Below are positions 1-10,400 of a stretch of DNA of 64,000 nucleotides, piece after piece (position 1 is the first letter of the stretch; each line of letters begins with the position of its first letter). The stretch comes from Epiperipatus broadwayi (lineage: Eukaryota; Animalia; Onychophora): NCBI GenBank assembly GCA_028023455.1, contig JAQFVV010000004.1, positions 16,120,001-16,184,000 of the forward strand, in the 5' to 3' direction. A program made the translations under genes and the position numbers. Below the pieces are notes generated by a model, which was not told the DNA's origin, did no database searches, and worked only from the letters and a program-made list of their open reading frames with translations.

Positions 1-52
<52 letters not shown>
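1..52. repeat. (TA)n microsatellite at the 3' end of the RTE LINE
   Basis: Pure AT dinucleotide run. Confidence 0.98.
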
Positions 53-54
<2 letters not shown>

Positions 55-216
55 TCAACCATTATCAATCCACTGCAGGATAAAGGTCTCTCCAAGTTCA
101 ATCCATCTTTTCCTATCTTTAGCATCTCTTCTCCACATCACCCCTGCACACTTTCTTATTTCATCCACCCATCTCACATGTGGTCTCTTTCTGGGTCTTT
201 TACAGCCTCTTGGAAT

Positions 217-1923
217 TCAGTTTAAAATTTCAATTGTCCATCTGTTATCATCTCTTCTAACAATATGTCCAGCCCAACTCCACTTCAGTCTTTTAATTTT
301 TTCAATGAGGTCAGTAACACCTGTTTGTTCTCTTACCCATACATTGCGTTTTCGATTTCTTCTTGTTATTCCCAACATGTATCTCTCCATACTTCTTTGA
401 GTGGTCTGAAGTCTCTGTATTGCTCTTCTATTAAGTGTCCAAGTCTCAGATCCATAAGTAAGAACTGGCAAAACACATTTATTAAAAACCTTCCTTTTCA
501 AACACATAGGCATATTTCCATTTAGTATCAAGTTATTTCTACCAAAAGCACTCCAACCAAGTTTAATTCTATGATTAATTTCTCCCATTATATTTCCATC
601 TGTATTAATAATCTGACCAAGATATTTGTAACTGTGAACTTCTTCTAACTCATCATAATCAATCTTTATTTTTATATTTTGAGAAAATCTATTAAACATT
701 ACTTTAGTCTTTTTAACATTTATCTTTAGTCCTACTTTCCTACTTTCATCTGATAACTCCTGCAACATTTCCTGTAGCTCTAAAGCATTATTTGCTAAAA
801 CAACTACATCATCTGCAAAATCTAAATGACTTAAATAATCTCCATTTACTTTCACTCCTTTAGCTTCCCATTTTAATCCACAAAATACTTCTTGCAGCAC
901 TGCTGTAAAAAGTTTTGGAGATATGGAGTCACCCTGTCTTACACCCTTTTCAATGTTGATTTTCCTACTATCATTATGTAATCTAATTGTTGCTGTTGCA
1001 TTTTTATAAATATTCTTTAAAATATGACAATATCCTGGATCTACACCTTGATGATCCAATGCTTTAATCACTGAAAAAATGTTTATAGAATCAAATGCCT
1101 TTTCATAATCTACAAATCCTAAGCATAATGGCAACTCATATTCATTTCTCCTTTCTATAATTTCTCTCAATACCTGGACATGATCTACTGTACTAAAACC
1201 ACTTTTAAATCCAACTTGTTCTCTTGGTTGGTGGAAATCCAGTGTTTTTTGTAGATGAGTTGTAATTATCTTAGTAAAAATTTTGTATAAAACTGATAAA
1301 AGACTGATAGGTCTGTAATTTCTAATATCATCTTTATCACCTTTTTTAAATATTAATATTAATACTGCATTCTTCCAATCATCTGGTACATCTTTATCAT
1401 TTAGACATTTTGTATATAACTTTGTTAAAATTGTTTCTATTTCTTCACCTGCTTCTTTTAATATATCAGTTACAATTCCATCATTACCTGGAGCCTTCCC
1501 TTTCTTCATAAATTTAATTGCATGTCTCACTTCCTCATTCAAAATTCTGGGCAATTCAGAAGGTATAATATGTATAGGAGGCACTTGTTTTTTATTACTA
1601 TATAATTCTTGATAGAAGTCTTCTACACATTTTATGATGTCATCTCTCTTTTTAGTAATAATGCCATCTTTTTTTCTTATTTCAGATATAAATTTCCTAC
1701 CAATACCAAAATGTTGTTTTACACTCTTTAGACTTTTATTCTCTTCTACAGCTTTCCTTGCTAGTTCACAATTATACTTTTTTATATCATTTTCAACTCT
1801 TTTCCGTACCATTTTACAAAATTTGAGATATGCAATCCTTTTTAATGCATCATTGTTGTATATCCTCATATTCCTTCTTTTCTTCATAAATTCTCTAGTC
1901 TCAGTAGAAATTTTTTTGGTCAA
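217..1923 (-). CDS. RTE reverse transcriptase domain (568 aa ORF, part of a disrupted APE-RT polyprotein)
   Basis: Motifs KAPGNDGI, NYRPISLLS, FVDYEKAFDS, GVRQGDSISPKLF, LDFADD and YKYLGQ, plus the RTE C-terminus KWSWAGHIVRRDDNRWT. The frame continues past the stop at 217-219 (IPRGCKRPRKRPHVRWVDEIRK...) to about 55. Confidence 0.95.
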   Translation of the reverse strand: MTKKISTETREFMKKRRNMRIYNNDALKRIAYLKFCKMVRKRVENDIKKYNCELARKAVEENKSLKSVKQHFGIGRKFISEIRKKDGIITKKRDDIIKCVEDFYQELYSNKKQVPPIHIIPSELPRILNEEVRHAIKFMKKGKAPGNDGIVTDILKEAGEEIETILTKLYTKCLNDKDVPDDWKNAVLILIFKKGDKDDIRNYRPISLLSVLYKIFTKIITTHLQKTLDFHQPREQVGFKSGFSTVDHVQVLREIIERRNEYELPLCLGFVDYEKAFDSINIFSVIKALDHQGVDPGYCHILKNIYKNATATIRLHNDSRKINIEKGVRQGDSISPKLFTAVLQEVFCGLKWEAKGVKVNGDYLSHLDFADDVVVLANNALELQEMLQELSDESRKVGLKINVKKTKVMFNRFSQNIKIKIDYDELEEVHSYKYLGQIINTDGNIMGEINHRIKLGWSAFGRNNLILNGNMPMCLKRKVFNKCVLPVLTYGSETWTLNRRAIQRLQTTQRSMERYMLGITRRNRKRNVWVREQTGVTDLIEKIKRLKWSWAGHIVRRDDNRWTIEILN

Positions 1924-1962
1924 TTGCTGCTTTTTTTCTACCAGCTATCTTTGTTGCAGTTT

Positions 1963-2758
1963 TTAAAAGTGTATCGTTATTTTCCTATTAATATCATTCA
2001 AATCTGAATCATGTTCAAAATCTACTAATACTTGAAACTGATTTGTAAGTTCTAATTTAAATTCATTAGAATGTTTCTGAAGATTAGGAATATCAACTGT
2101 AAATATTGTTTTTCTTAATAATTTTTGTCTCTCTAGTTTTGCATTAACATGTATCTTACATCTTACTAATCGATGATCACTTCCTGTGTTAAATTTATTA
2201 AGAACATTACAATCTTGAAATATGTATTTTCGGTTAGTCAAAATATAATCCAATTCTGCCATATCTTCATTTGGATGCTTCCATGTCCATTTCCTTTTAA
2301 CATTTTCTCAAAAAAAGAATTCATAATATAAAGTTTTTCTTTTTCTGCAAACTCCACAAGTCTATGTCCTCTCTCATTTCTATTACCATAACCAAAATTA
2401 CCTACAGCATTTTCATCTTTCATTTGTTTACAAATTCTAGCATTAAAGTCTCCCATAACAATTTTAAAATGTTGTTTACTCTGATCAAAAGCCTTTTCTA
2501 CATCATATAAAAATCTTCTATAACTTCATCACTATGAGAACTTGTTGGGGCATAAACCTGAATTATCTGCATTTGGTATCTGCTATTAAGTTGTAAAACT
2601 AATCTTGCCACTCTGTCTGATACACCATCAATCTCCACAATGTTATTCTTCCATTTTTTATTTACAATGAATCTTACTCCACTTGTATTTCCAATATTTG
2701 TGCCTTTATAGTAGAGTATTGCCAATATTTGTGCCTTTATAGTAGAGTATATGTCCAC
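1963..2758 (-). pseudogene. Frameshifted APE endonuclease region of the RTE element
   Basis: Three short ORFs (2498-2758, 2238-2456, 1963-2262) carry consecutive APE motifs in different frames. Confidence 0.9.
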
Positions 2759-2887
2759 TTTTTAAATCAATTGTTTCTTCACCTTTTCTTTTAACTTCAC
2801 AAATCCCAATAATGTCCCATTTAATATAAGACAGTTATTCTTCTAACTCTTACAATCTTCCTTCACTTGAAAGTGTTCTGCAAGTGT

Positions 2888-2911
2888 TATATATATATAT
2901 ATATATATATA
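2888..2911. repeat. (TA)n microsatellite at the 5' junction of the RTE copy
   Basis: Pure TA run. Confidence 0.95.
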
Positions 2912-3805
2912 TTTTTGACATTTTCAAGCACAAATTTAATAATTATTTTTTTCTGGGATGCTGCAGCCCTGCGGTGCTTATGGATCATATTCCACTGGTT
3001 CAAGCCCTAAGATGGATATATGAAAACCATAGTCACTGTGAAAGTAAGTATATAGTTTAACAATCTGGTTGTCACTACCATTTTGCTGACTGTTATATTA
3101 CTTACACTCACTATATTTGGCTTTAAAAAGTGGAATAGTATAAAGCAAAATATTGACATAAATGAGTATTTTAAATATAATTTATGTAAATCACGTGAAG
3201 TTTTGTTTTCTAATGTAGAGTTAAGTTTCTGCTTTAAAAAAATTAGTGCGTTTTTGTCATAATTAAAACAGCTTGTAAATATGAGTTGATTCCTTTATAG
3301 TGCTAAAATAGTTTTTTTGAGTTATTGATTCTGGAAGACTATAACAGTTTATGACTAAATACAGAATAGAGCAGCCATGAATACAGAGAGAATTGAGATT
3401 CACAAATCAATTTAAAACTGTTTCCTAATCTGGTCGTAAAATTCTTGAAGACATTTTTTCCAGAGATTCTGCAAAATATTTATTTAAAGTATATCGTGAA
3501 TATTACACTCATAAAATATAAATTTAAAAATAGCAAATAAATTGTGTGTGTTTTTTTTTCTTAAAGAAAGTCTTTTTTTTTTTTTAAGGTGAATTTTTTA
3601 AAGGAAATTATTCCAAACTTCTATGAATTTCTAATACCTTTAAAATCTCTTAAATAAGTAAACTATGGGCCTAATTTCAATCAGGTGAAAAAAGACATGA
3701 TAATGGCTATTAAACTAAAATCATTGGATTAACTCAAGTTTTTTCAAAGAAAAAATAAAAAATTTGATATTTGTGATATAGCAAGGGATTGTTTGAAAAC
3801 AAGAC

Positions 3806-3890
3806 AAATATGAAAAGATATTCATAACTTCTTGGACAAGTTTGAAACCAACATAAATATGAAAAGATATTCATAACCTCTGGACAGGTA
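3806..3890 (+). repeat. ~49 bp tandem duplication
   Basis: aaatatgaaaagatattcataac occurs at 3806 and 3855. Confidence 0.8.
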
Positions 3891-4263
3891 TGAATAAACA
3901 TACTATTGAAAAAGAATGCTTTTCTATAAGTATTTTCCCAAACATTTTAAAACAATATGCAAAAAACATAAGATCATATTATAAGAAAGAATTCTATGAA
4001 TTTATCATTTATGGATGTAATAAATGGAAAAGATTCTTATGCTGGAAAATCATATTGTATGCACATATCTTTTAAAAAACTCTCATAACATTGGGAGAGC
4101 TTTATTCTTGATACCATTTATTTCAAAATAATTTCAGTCAGATTTATTTATCTTGGATCTAAGACAATATAGAAAGCTTGTATAAAAAGATTGCAAATTA
4201 TTTAGAGACAAAAATAAGATGATTCAATTGAAAATATACAAAAGAAACAGTATATAGGATTGA

Positions 4264-4675
4264 ATTTAAACCAGCAAGCATCACATGATCACATCTCCAA
4301 TACTAGCACATAATTGTTTATGGTTGTTGAAGAGCCAAAGACACCAAAATGTATGGGTGCTGAACTGAGTTCAGACCCATATGACTATATAAGCTATTGA
4401 GCTTAGATTGAAGATATTTTTTGTGTTTTCAATTTTATGCTCATAGTTTCATAGTTAAGTAGATATAAAAGGTGGTTGCTAGAGGGTTGCATTAGATCCT
4501 AAGATCTAGATGCAGTGCTCTCAGATCCAAAGCTCCTCACTGATGAAGGCCACAAGCCAGAAACTAGTCTGGGGATATTGGATGAGTAGGCATTAGATAG
4601 GGCCCTTCTGGCATCCATTGATTACTCTGTTTAGCACAGGTGGCACTACTATATGGAGTTTTTCTTTGCTTTGTT
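4264..4675 (+). mobile_element. Family A Penelope-like hammerhead element (inverted tail + long direct segment)
   Basis: 13 bp TSD tatataggattga (4251-4263 / 4676-4688). Hammerhead core at 4540. Homologous to 9 other copies. Confidence 0.85.
4525..4583 (+). ncRNA. Type I hammerhead ribozyme motif (family A)
   Basis: tcctca-CTGATGA-a.ggc-cacaa-gcc.a-GAAA-ctag-TC-tgggga. Stem I extends via atccaa/ttggat. Predicted cleavage is after GUC at 4569. Confidence 0.75.
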
Positions 4676-5032
4676 TATATAGGATTGAGTGAACAATTAG
4701 ATACTTATCACAGAACCTGATTAAAACATATATGAGATGTATAATTTTACATCTCTGATAAGATTGAAATAGATGTGGTCTTTGATCACAGATGCATCAG
4801 TTATATTCTCAAGACAAAAGCATTTTATAATTTATCTATATACTAAAAATATTCTATATATATATACTAGTAAAGCTTTGTATAATATATCCTTTTTAAA
4901 TAATAATTGTAACAAGTATTATTTGCAAATGGGATAAAGGTCTAATGGATAAAAAAAATAATAGACAAGATGAAAGGGTTATAAGTAGGAATTTCGGATA
5001 TATAAACTGAAAAGTATTGATTCCTATATTTT

Positions 5033-5310
5033 CTTATTTTTCTCCTTCACTTTTTTTGCATATCTTCATATAATCATATATATTATTTATAATACTTCAC
5101 TCATATATTTTCTTAAACTTCTTACAGTTTCGACTGTCCAACAGTCTTCTTCAGAGTTCCATCTTTCTTACAGTTGTTTTAACTAAAACAACTGTAAGGA
5201 AGATGGAGCTCTGAAGAAGGCTGCTGGACAGTCGAAACTGTAAGAAGTTTAAGAAAATTAATTGCATTAAAGTGTATATGAGTGATGTATTATAAATAAT
5301 ATATATGATT
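5033..5310. mobile_element. Family B1 palindromic Penelope-like insertion with hammerhead-like motifs on both arms
   Basis: Inverted repeat centred near 5180. CTGAAGA...GAAACTGTA at 5211-5242, mirrored at 5123-5154. The left arm has ~40 bp extra tail. Direct repeat cctatatttt at 5023-5032 / 5311-5320. Confidence 0.8.
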
Positions 5311-5401
5311 CCTATATTTTAAGAAAGAGAATATTTTGATTTCTTTTAATAATGCATTTGGAAATATTACTGTATTAATGATTATCTGGACAGTATCAGT
5401 T

Positions 5402-5447
5402 AATAGAGACTGTGTAAAATCAGTTATAGAGACTGTGTAAAATCAGT
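5402..5447 (+). repeat. 23 bp tandem duplication
   Basis: atagagactgtgtaaaatcagtt occurs twice. Confidence 0.85.
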
Positions 5448-6317
5448 TTTGCAAAAAGTGATGCAGCTATATTATTACAAACTTTACACATGTAATGAAT
5501 TTTTTACAAGGATTGGTTGATGTAGAACTATGGAATCCAAGGAAGAATGAAAAATGGAGTCATTTCAACATGTATGAATAATTAGGCTGTTTAATTTATT
5601 TAAATGTTAACCATAAATGAATCATAAAGAAATTATTTTCAGATGTCCTATTGGCACTCTGAAAAGAAATATTTAGAGCCACCTTTCAAATACCCAAGCT
5701 TTTAGAGCCAAAAAAAAACCCCATGAGTTCAGTTTGATTATATTCAGGAATGGATAAAAACTTAATCACTGAATAAATTACATTGGCAGAAAATAAAAAT
5801 TAATCTAGAGGTTTAATATTAAAAATCTAGGTAAAAGAATTAATAAGAAAAGCAGTTTAGAAATATACAGTTTGAAAGAGATAAATGTGAAATACTAAGT
5901 GATAAAATCCCTTCCTCATCATAGAAAGATAAGGAATTTTATCAGGATTAAAAGATGCATATAAATATAGATAAAATATAAAATGGAAGAGTCTTCTCGT
6001 TATGAGTAACACTCTTTGAATTTTACATTTAATCTGTATCTTGATTTTTATATAAGCTTAAGAAGAATTTATTTGATAAACTGTTCCACGATTAGAAAAA
6101 TGGGAAATTCTTATGACCATGATAGATATTGTCTGATGTTGTAAATTCAAATGAGAGATTATTTGAATATTGGCATGGATACATTTTCATATTAATTATC
6201 CCTTACTATATGACTGAAAATTCAAGTCAGACGACATGATGGTAGATGTGCATATATCCAAACTAAATGTTCTTTGAGACACAAAAAGAAAAGAGATTAA
6301 AAAAAAAGATATTATTA

Positions 6318-6413
6318 TTTTTTTTTCTATGTCAAAGCATTGACCGGGAAGCGAACCCCTGGCCAGCTGCTCGGAAGATAGCTATGCTAACCGCTAGGCC
6401 ACCAACGCTTGAC
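6318..6413 (-). mobile_element. Short tRNA-Gly(TCC)-derived SINE
   Basis: The minus strand reads gtcaa-GCGTTGGTGGCCTAGCGGTTAGCATAGCTATCTTCCGAGCAGC...GGTTCGCTTCCCGG then an A tail. It has A and B boxes and an imperfect TSD aaaga(t/c)attatt. Confidence 0.85.
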
Positions 6414-7874
6414 AAAGACATTATTTTTAAGAATATACAAGAATTGTTAAGTGCATATATATATAATAGTTTTGAAACTATAGTATTATAGTGATGAAAT
6501 AAAAATATTATTTTGTAGAGATCAAAAATATGTTCTTGATATTTTGATTACTAATTTATAGAAGTAATTAAATTATTTTTGATAGCACGTTTTTAATTTT
6601 TTTTTTGTAACCTCGTAGGTACAGGTTACCTGTAAAAAAGATATAACATGACATGAAAGTATAAGAAATCATAATATTAATGATTTTTTTCTTTTAGTTT
6701 TGATCAAACATGATTTTTTAATAATTCATTTGTTAGTAATAGTAACACATTACTAGATTTATTAACAATATATATCAAGCTGATTTTTATTTTAATAAGG
6801 CCAGCTAGCAAAATATTTTTTTTAACTGAAATGTTTTTACTAATATAATATTTTTCATAGGAGATTTAATGGAATAGAAAAATTAAATGTACCAGAATAT
6901 TTAACAAATTGTGAATTTAAATTTTGGTTAGTTGAATCTAGGTTTTGAACCAGACATTACAGTGGCGTTTGGCAATACATGGTTTATACAACACACACAT
7001 ATAGCTGACATCTTTCTTCACTAAATTAAGATTTAATCAACAATGAATGTCATTAGATGAAATGAAAAGTGCTTGTTTAAGATGTTTCAGAACCTTACTC
7101 ATCTTGGCTAGATTGTCAGACTTATTTATTTGTAAAACATAATTGCAAATCTTTTCAACATCCTCTGATCATCGATATCAACTACTGTAAGAGTTTTTAT
7201 CAAACATTAGAAATTAATCTTTATGTTTGAAATATTGTACTATATTACATTTATTTTTGTATTATATGCTGTATTCTTTAATTAAATTTAAAGATGAAAT
7301 ATACAGAACAGTATTACCAATTTAATTAGAATAATTAAAAACATTTTTTAAAGTTCTTCGATCTCTGAATATCAAATATCAGACAATTACTTTTTATATT
7401 TATTGTATATAAATTATTAGAACGGTAAACTTAGTAAATTTAAATGAATATGTTTTAAATTAATTGTCATTAAACACTCATTATTATATTTCATTGAAAA
7501 AATGCAAATCTCTTGGTTGTTTATTTGCACTCTACTTTTTTGAAATAAAAACATTGTGCATATTTTTATTTTTAAATCATTCTGCTGTATAATATAATAA
7601 GCCATAAAACAGGCTTAGAAAACTGCATACAGTAATTAAAGCAGGCATCAAGAATGAAAGCATTTCTGAGAAAGCAAACAATTGTTAGAGGAAGTTAATG
7701 GGAATTTTTGAATCAATGAATACAAATACTACAATGAACATGGATTCTAAATCTGCACATTACAAAAGATTCTATACTTTTCCAGAATGTCAGAAATCTT
7801 TACCACATTGCTGTTTGCAGAAATGTAATTCCCTTGTGTATTTGCCACATTTAGCAGTTAATTACAAAAAAAAA

Positions 7875-7955
7875 TTTTTTCCATGTGTCAAACCATCGGC
7901 CGGAAGCGGGATAACTGCTTCTAAGGGAGCTGTGCTGACCACTTGGCCATCAACA
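7875..7955 (-). mobile_element. tRNA-Gly-derived SINE copy
   Basis: Homologous to 6318-6413. The 3' end is gatggtttgacacatgg(A)n. Confidence 0.8.
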
Positions 7956-8544
7956 AATTTTAAATGGTAAACTAGACTTTTTTTATGATTTAATTTGTAC
8001 TAAAATCAAACTTTCTAATTTACATATATAATACAGCAAATTTTTACATTTATATTTTTAATTTTGTATTATATTTTTATTGTTTATATATTATCTTGGT
8101 TAATAATTTTGCTTTTGTCAATAGACCTCAAATGGATTACCATTAAATGCATGCATTTCAATGTACCATTAAATGAATAGTGAAAAATCAATTATATTCA
8201 TTGTACAAAATACTACATACATAAAAGTCAGAGTTGAAAATGCTTGTTATGGCTTAGGCCAAAAAAAAAAGATTTTCAGGCTTGAACTTCTTATGAATTC
8301 CTGAATAAGAAACCATTTGATCTTTTTTATACAGCTGAGAGTAACAGTAATCTCATTACTAGTCAGTAAAATCATATTTAGTTATTTTGAGATAAGTTAG
8401 GAAAACTGCTAAAATCTTTGCAATGGGAAATTCTGATGAGTAGTACTTTCTTGTCTACTATTTATCTTTGAGTGACTGTTCTTTCATTAAGTCTTTTCTA
8501 TCAGTATGTTGTTTACAGCTGTTTTACTTCATATATACAAATTA

Positions 8545-8852
8545 TATTACTTTTTTATAAATCTCCTCATATATACTTTAATGCAATTGTTATATAATTT
8601 CTCTTTTATTTTTCTAACAGTTTCAGTTGTCCTGTAGTTTTCATCAAAGCTACAACATTTAAACTTTTTATATAAAAAGTTGAAATGTTGTAGCTCTGAT
8701 GAAAACTGCAGGATAATTGAAACTGTTAGAAAAATAAAGGAGAAATTATATAACAATTGCATTAAAGTGTATATGAGGAGATTTATAAAAAAGTAATATA
8801 TATGAATATATGAAAAAAATGCAAAAGAAGTAAAGGAGAAGATATAAGAATA
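8545..8852. mobile_element. Family B1 palindromic Penelope-like insertion
   Basis: Inverted repeat centred near 8670. CTGATGA at 8696 and GAAACTGTT at 8719. The right-hand tail is homologous to the 5033-5070 tail. 14 bp TSD atatatacaaatta (8531-8544 / 8853-8866). Confidence 0.82.
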
Positions 8853-8934
8853 ATATATACAAATTAATTATTGCTATATTACTTTGCAGTGAGCTAAAAC
8901 TTATGTCAAGTACATTTATATTATAATTAAGTTT

Positions 8935-8999
8935 ATAAACAATGAGGATAACTTACAAGCTTAAGAGAATAGGGTCATGTGATCTGTGATTATTTTGAC
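8935..8999 (-). mobile_element. Family E minimal insertion (tail + ~15 bp terminus only)
   Basis: Its reverse complement matches 43177-43231 plus the cctca(c/t)tgttta end of 43701-43712. 11 bp TSD taattaagttt (8924-8934 / 9000-9010). Confidence 0.75.
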
Positions 9000-9060
9000 T
9001 AATTAAGTTTAATGTAGGTATAGCTATACTAAAAATATATATTTATCAGTTACAACAATA

Positions 9061-9148
9061 TAAAGACAAAACTCCCCATAAAGTAGCACCACTCAGTGTT
9101 TCTGTGTAAACAACTTATGGAAGCATAAAGAATGGTGATCATGTGATG
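9061..9148 (-). mobile_element. Family A minimal insertion (tail + ~45 bp 3' segment)
   Basis: aaaactccccata...cactcagtg is joined to agcataaagaatggtgatcatgtgatg. Flanking repeat tttatcagtta (9042-9052 / 9149-9159). Confidence 0.7.
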
Positions 9149-9986
9149 TTTATCAGTTATAAACGAATTGATAAAAATCACTGAAACAAAGAGATGTTTA
9201 ATATAAATATATTATATTTTTAGTAGTATTATTGCTATTTAATTTTAAAGATTCAGACAACACACTACTTCTCTTTATCAGAATGATTTTTGGTAGCTGA
9301 GAATATAATGTGATAAATACAATCCTAAGAATTAACCATAAAGTTATTTTTATATAAGATGCCATTTTTCATTTATATTGAGAATATTTTTATTCTTTAA
9401 TTAAAAATAAAAATTCATTCTGTATTTTCAAATATTTGTTTTATTAGTTACAAAAAAATATTCTGATTACCATGAAATTTGATACAACAGAAGGAGTGAA
9501 CATAAATTGATATAGAGACAAGAAATGTAAATACGTACAAGGAACACTAAAGCAACAGATATCTTTGTCATATATAATTTAATTATCAATTTAGTTTGCT
9601 AATCTTTTTTCAGTTTTTAACAATGAAAATATATTGTATATATATTTTAAAAGTATTTTTCTACATGTCTATATTGTAATAATTTTAATCATGAACCATA
9701 AAAGCAAAATTTGAAAGATGATCAGTACTGATGAAAAAAATTTTGAAATGAAGACACTATAAAAAGACTGAAAATCTAAGTGCTAAATATGAAATTTCTA
9801 AATTGGAAAACACCATTGGCTGCAATAATAAATGTTATAACAAATACAATTGGCTGACATAGAAACTACTTGCACAATACTTTTCAGAGCATTTCAATTT
9901 TCAAATAAAATCTCAAACATCTTTGTCATGCTTTGTGACAATGAATACTTATGTAGATAACTTTGTCATCCAATATTTAAATATAT

Positions 9987-10400
9987 AATGGTATTATATG
10001 TTAAAGTAGAAATCAATACATAGGAAAAGGAAGAAGAAAAAGAAGATTATATTACTTCCATAAGAAGTGAAAACACTGAAGAGAAATAGGATTGTAATAA
10101 GCTCTGATGATGACTGCAGGACAGTTGAAAATGTTAGTTTTGATATAAATAAATAGTATTGATAGTGTTTAGGAAAGTTGTAAATGGTATTATATGTTAA
10201 AGTAGAAATCAATACATAGGAAAAGGAAGAAGAAGAATATTATATTACTTCCATAAGAAGTGAAAAACACTGAGGAGAAATAGGATTATAATAAGCTCTG
10301 ATGATGACTGCAGGACATGTTTAAAAAAGTTGTAAATAGTATTATATATTAAAGTAGAAATCAATACATAGGAAAAGGAAGAAGAAGAAGAAAAGAAAGA
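9987..10400 (+). repeat. Head-to-tail repeat (196 bp, 152 bp, partial unit) carrying hammerhead-like motifs
   Basis: Units start at 9987, 10183 and 10335. agctCTGATGAtgactgcaggacagttGAAAatgttagtt lies at 10100-10139. The second core lacks the GAAA side. Confidence 0.8.

Larger units (their letters stand above)
53..2887 (-). mobile_element. RTE-clade non-LTR retrotransposon, near full coding length, several frameshifts
   Basis: APE endonuclease fragments (QIIQVYAPTSSHSDE, MGDFNAR, ELDYILT, GSDHRLV) lie upstream of an RT ORF. There is a 31 bp tandem duplication at 2691-2750. Both ends abut (TA)n. Confidence 0.95.

Noticed and set aside
265-1966. Plus-strand ORFs 265-525 and 1634-1966 (and similar ORFs at 59313-62058)
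   Set aside because: They are antisense shadows of the RTE coding strand.
3400-4250. PLE RT relic directly upstream of the first family A copy
   Set aside because: There is only a faint LSFMDV-like resemblance. The family A copy has its own TSD, so it is a separate insertion.
6341-6408. Functional tRNA-Gly gene
   Set aside because: The anticodon and T stems have mismatches. It carries a SINE-type 3' extension, poly(A) and TSD, and has several diverged siblings.
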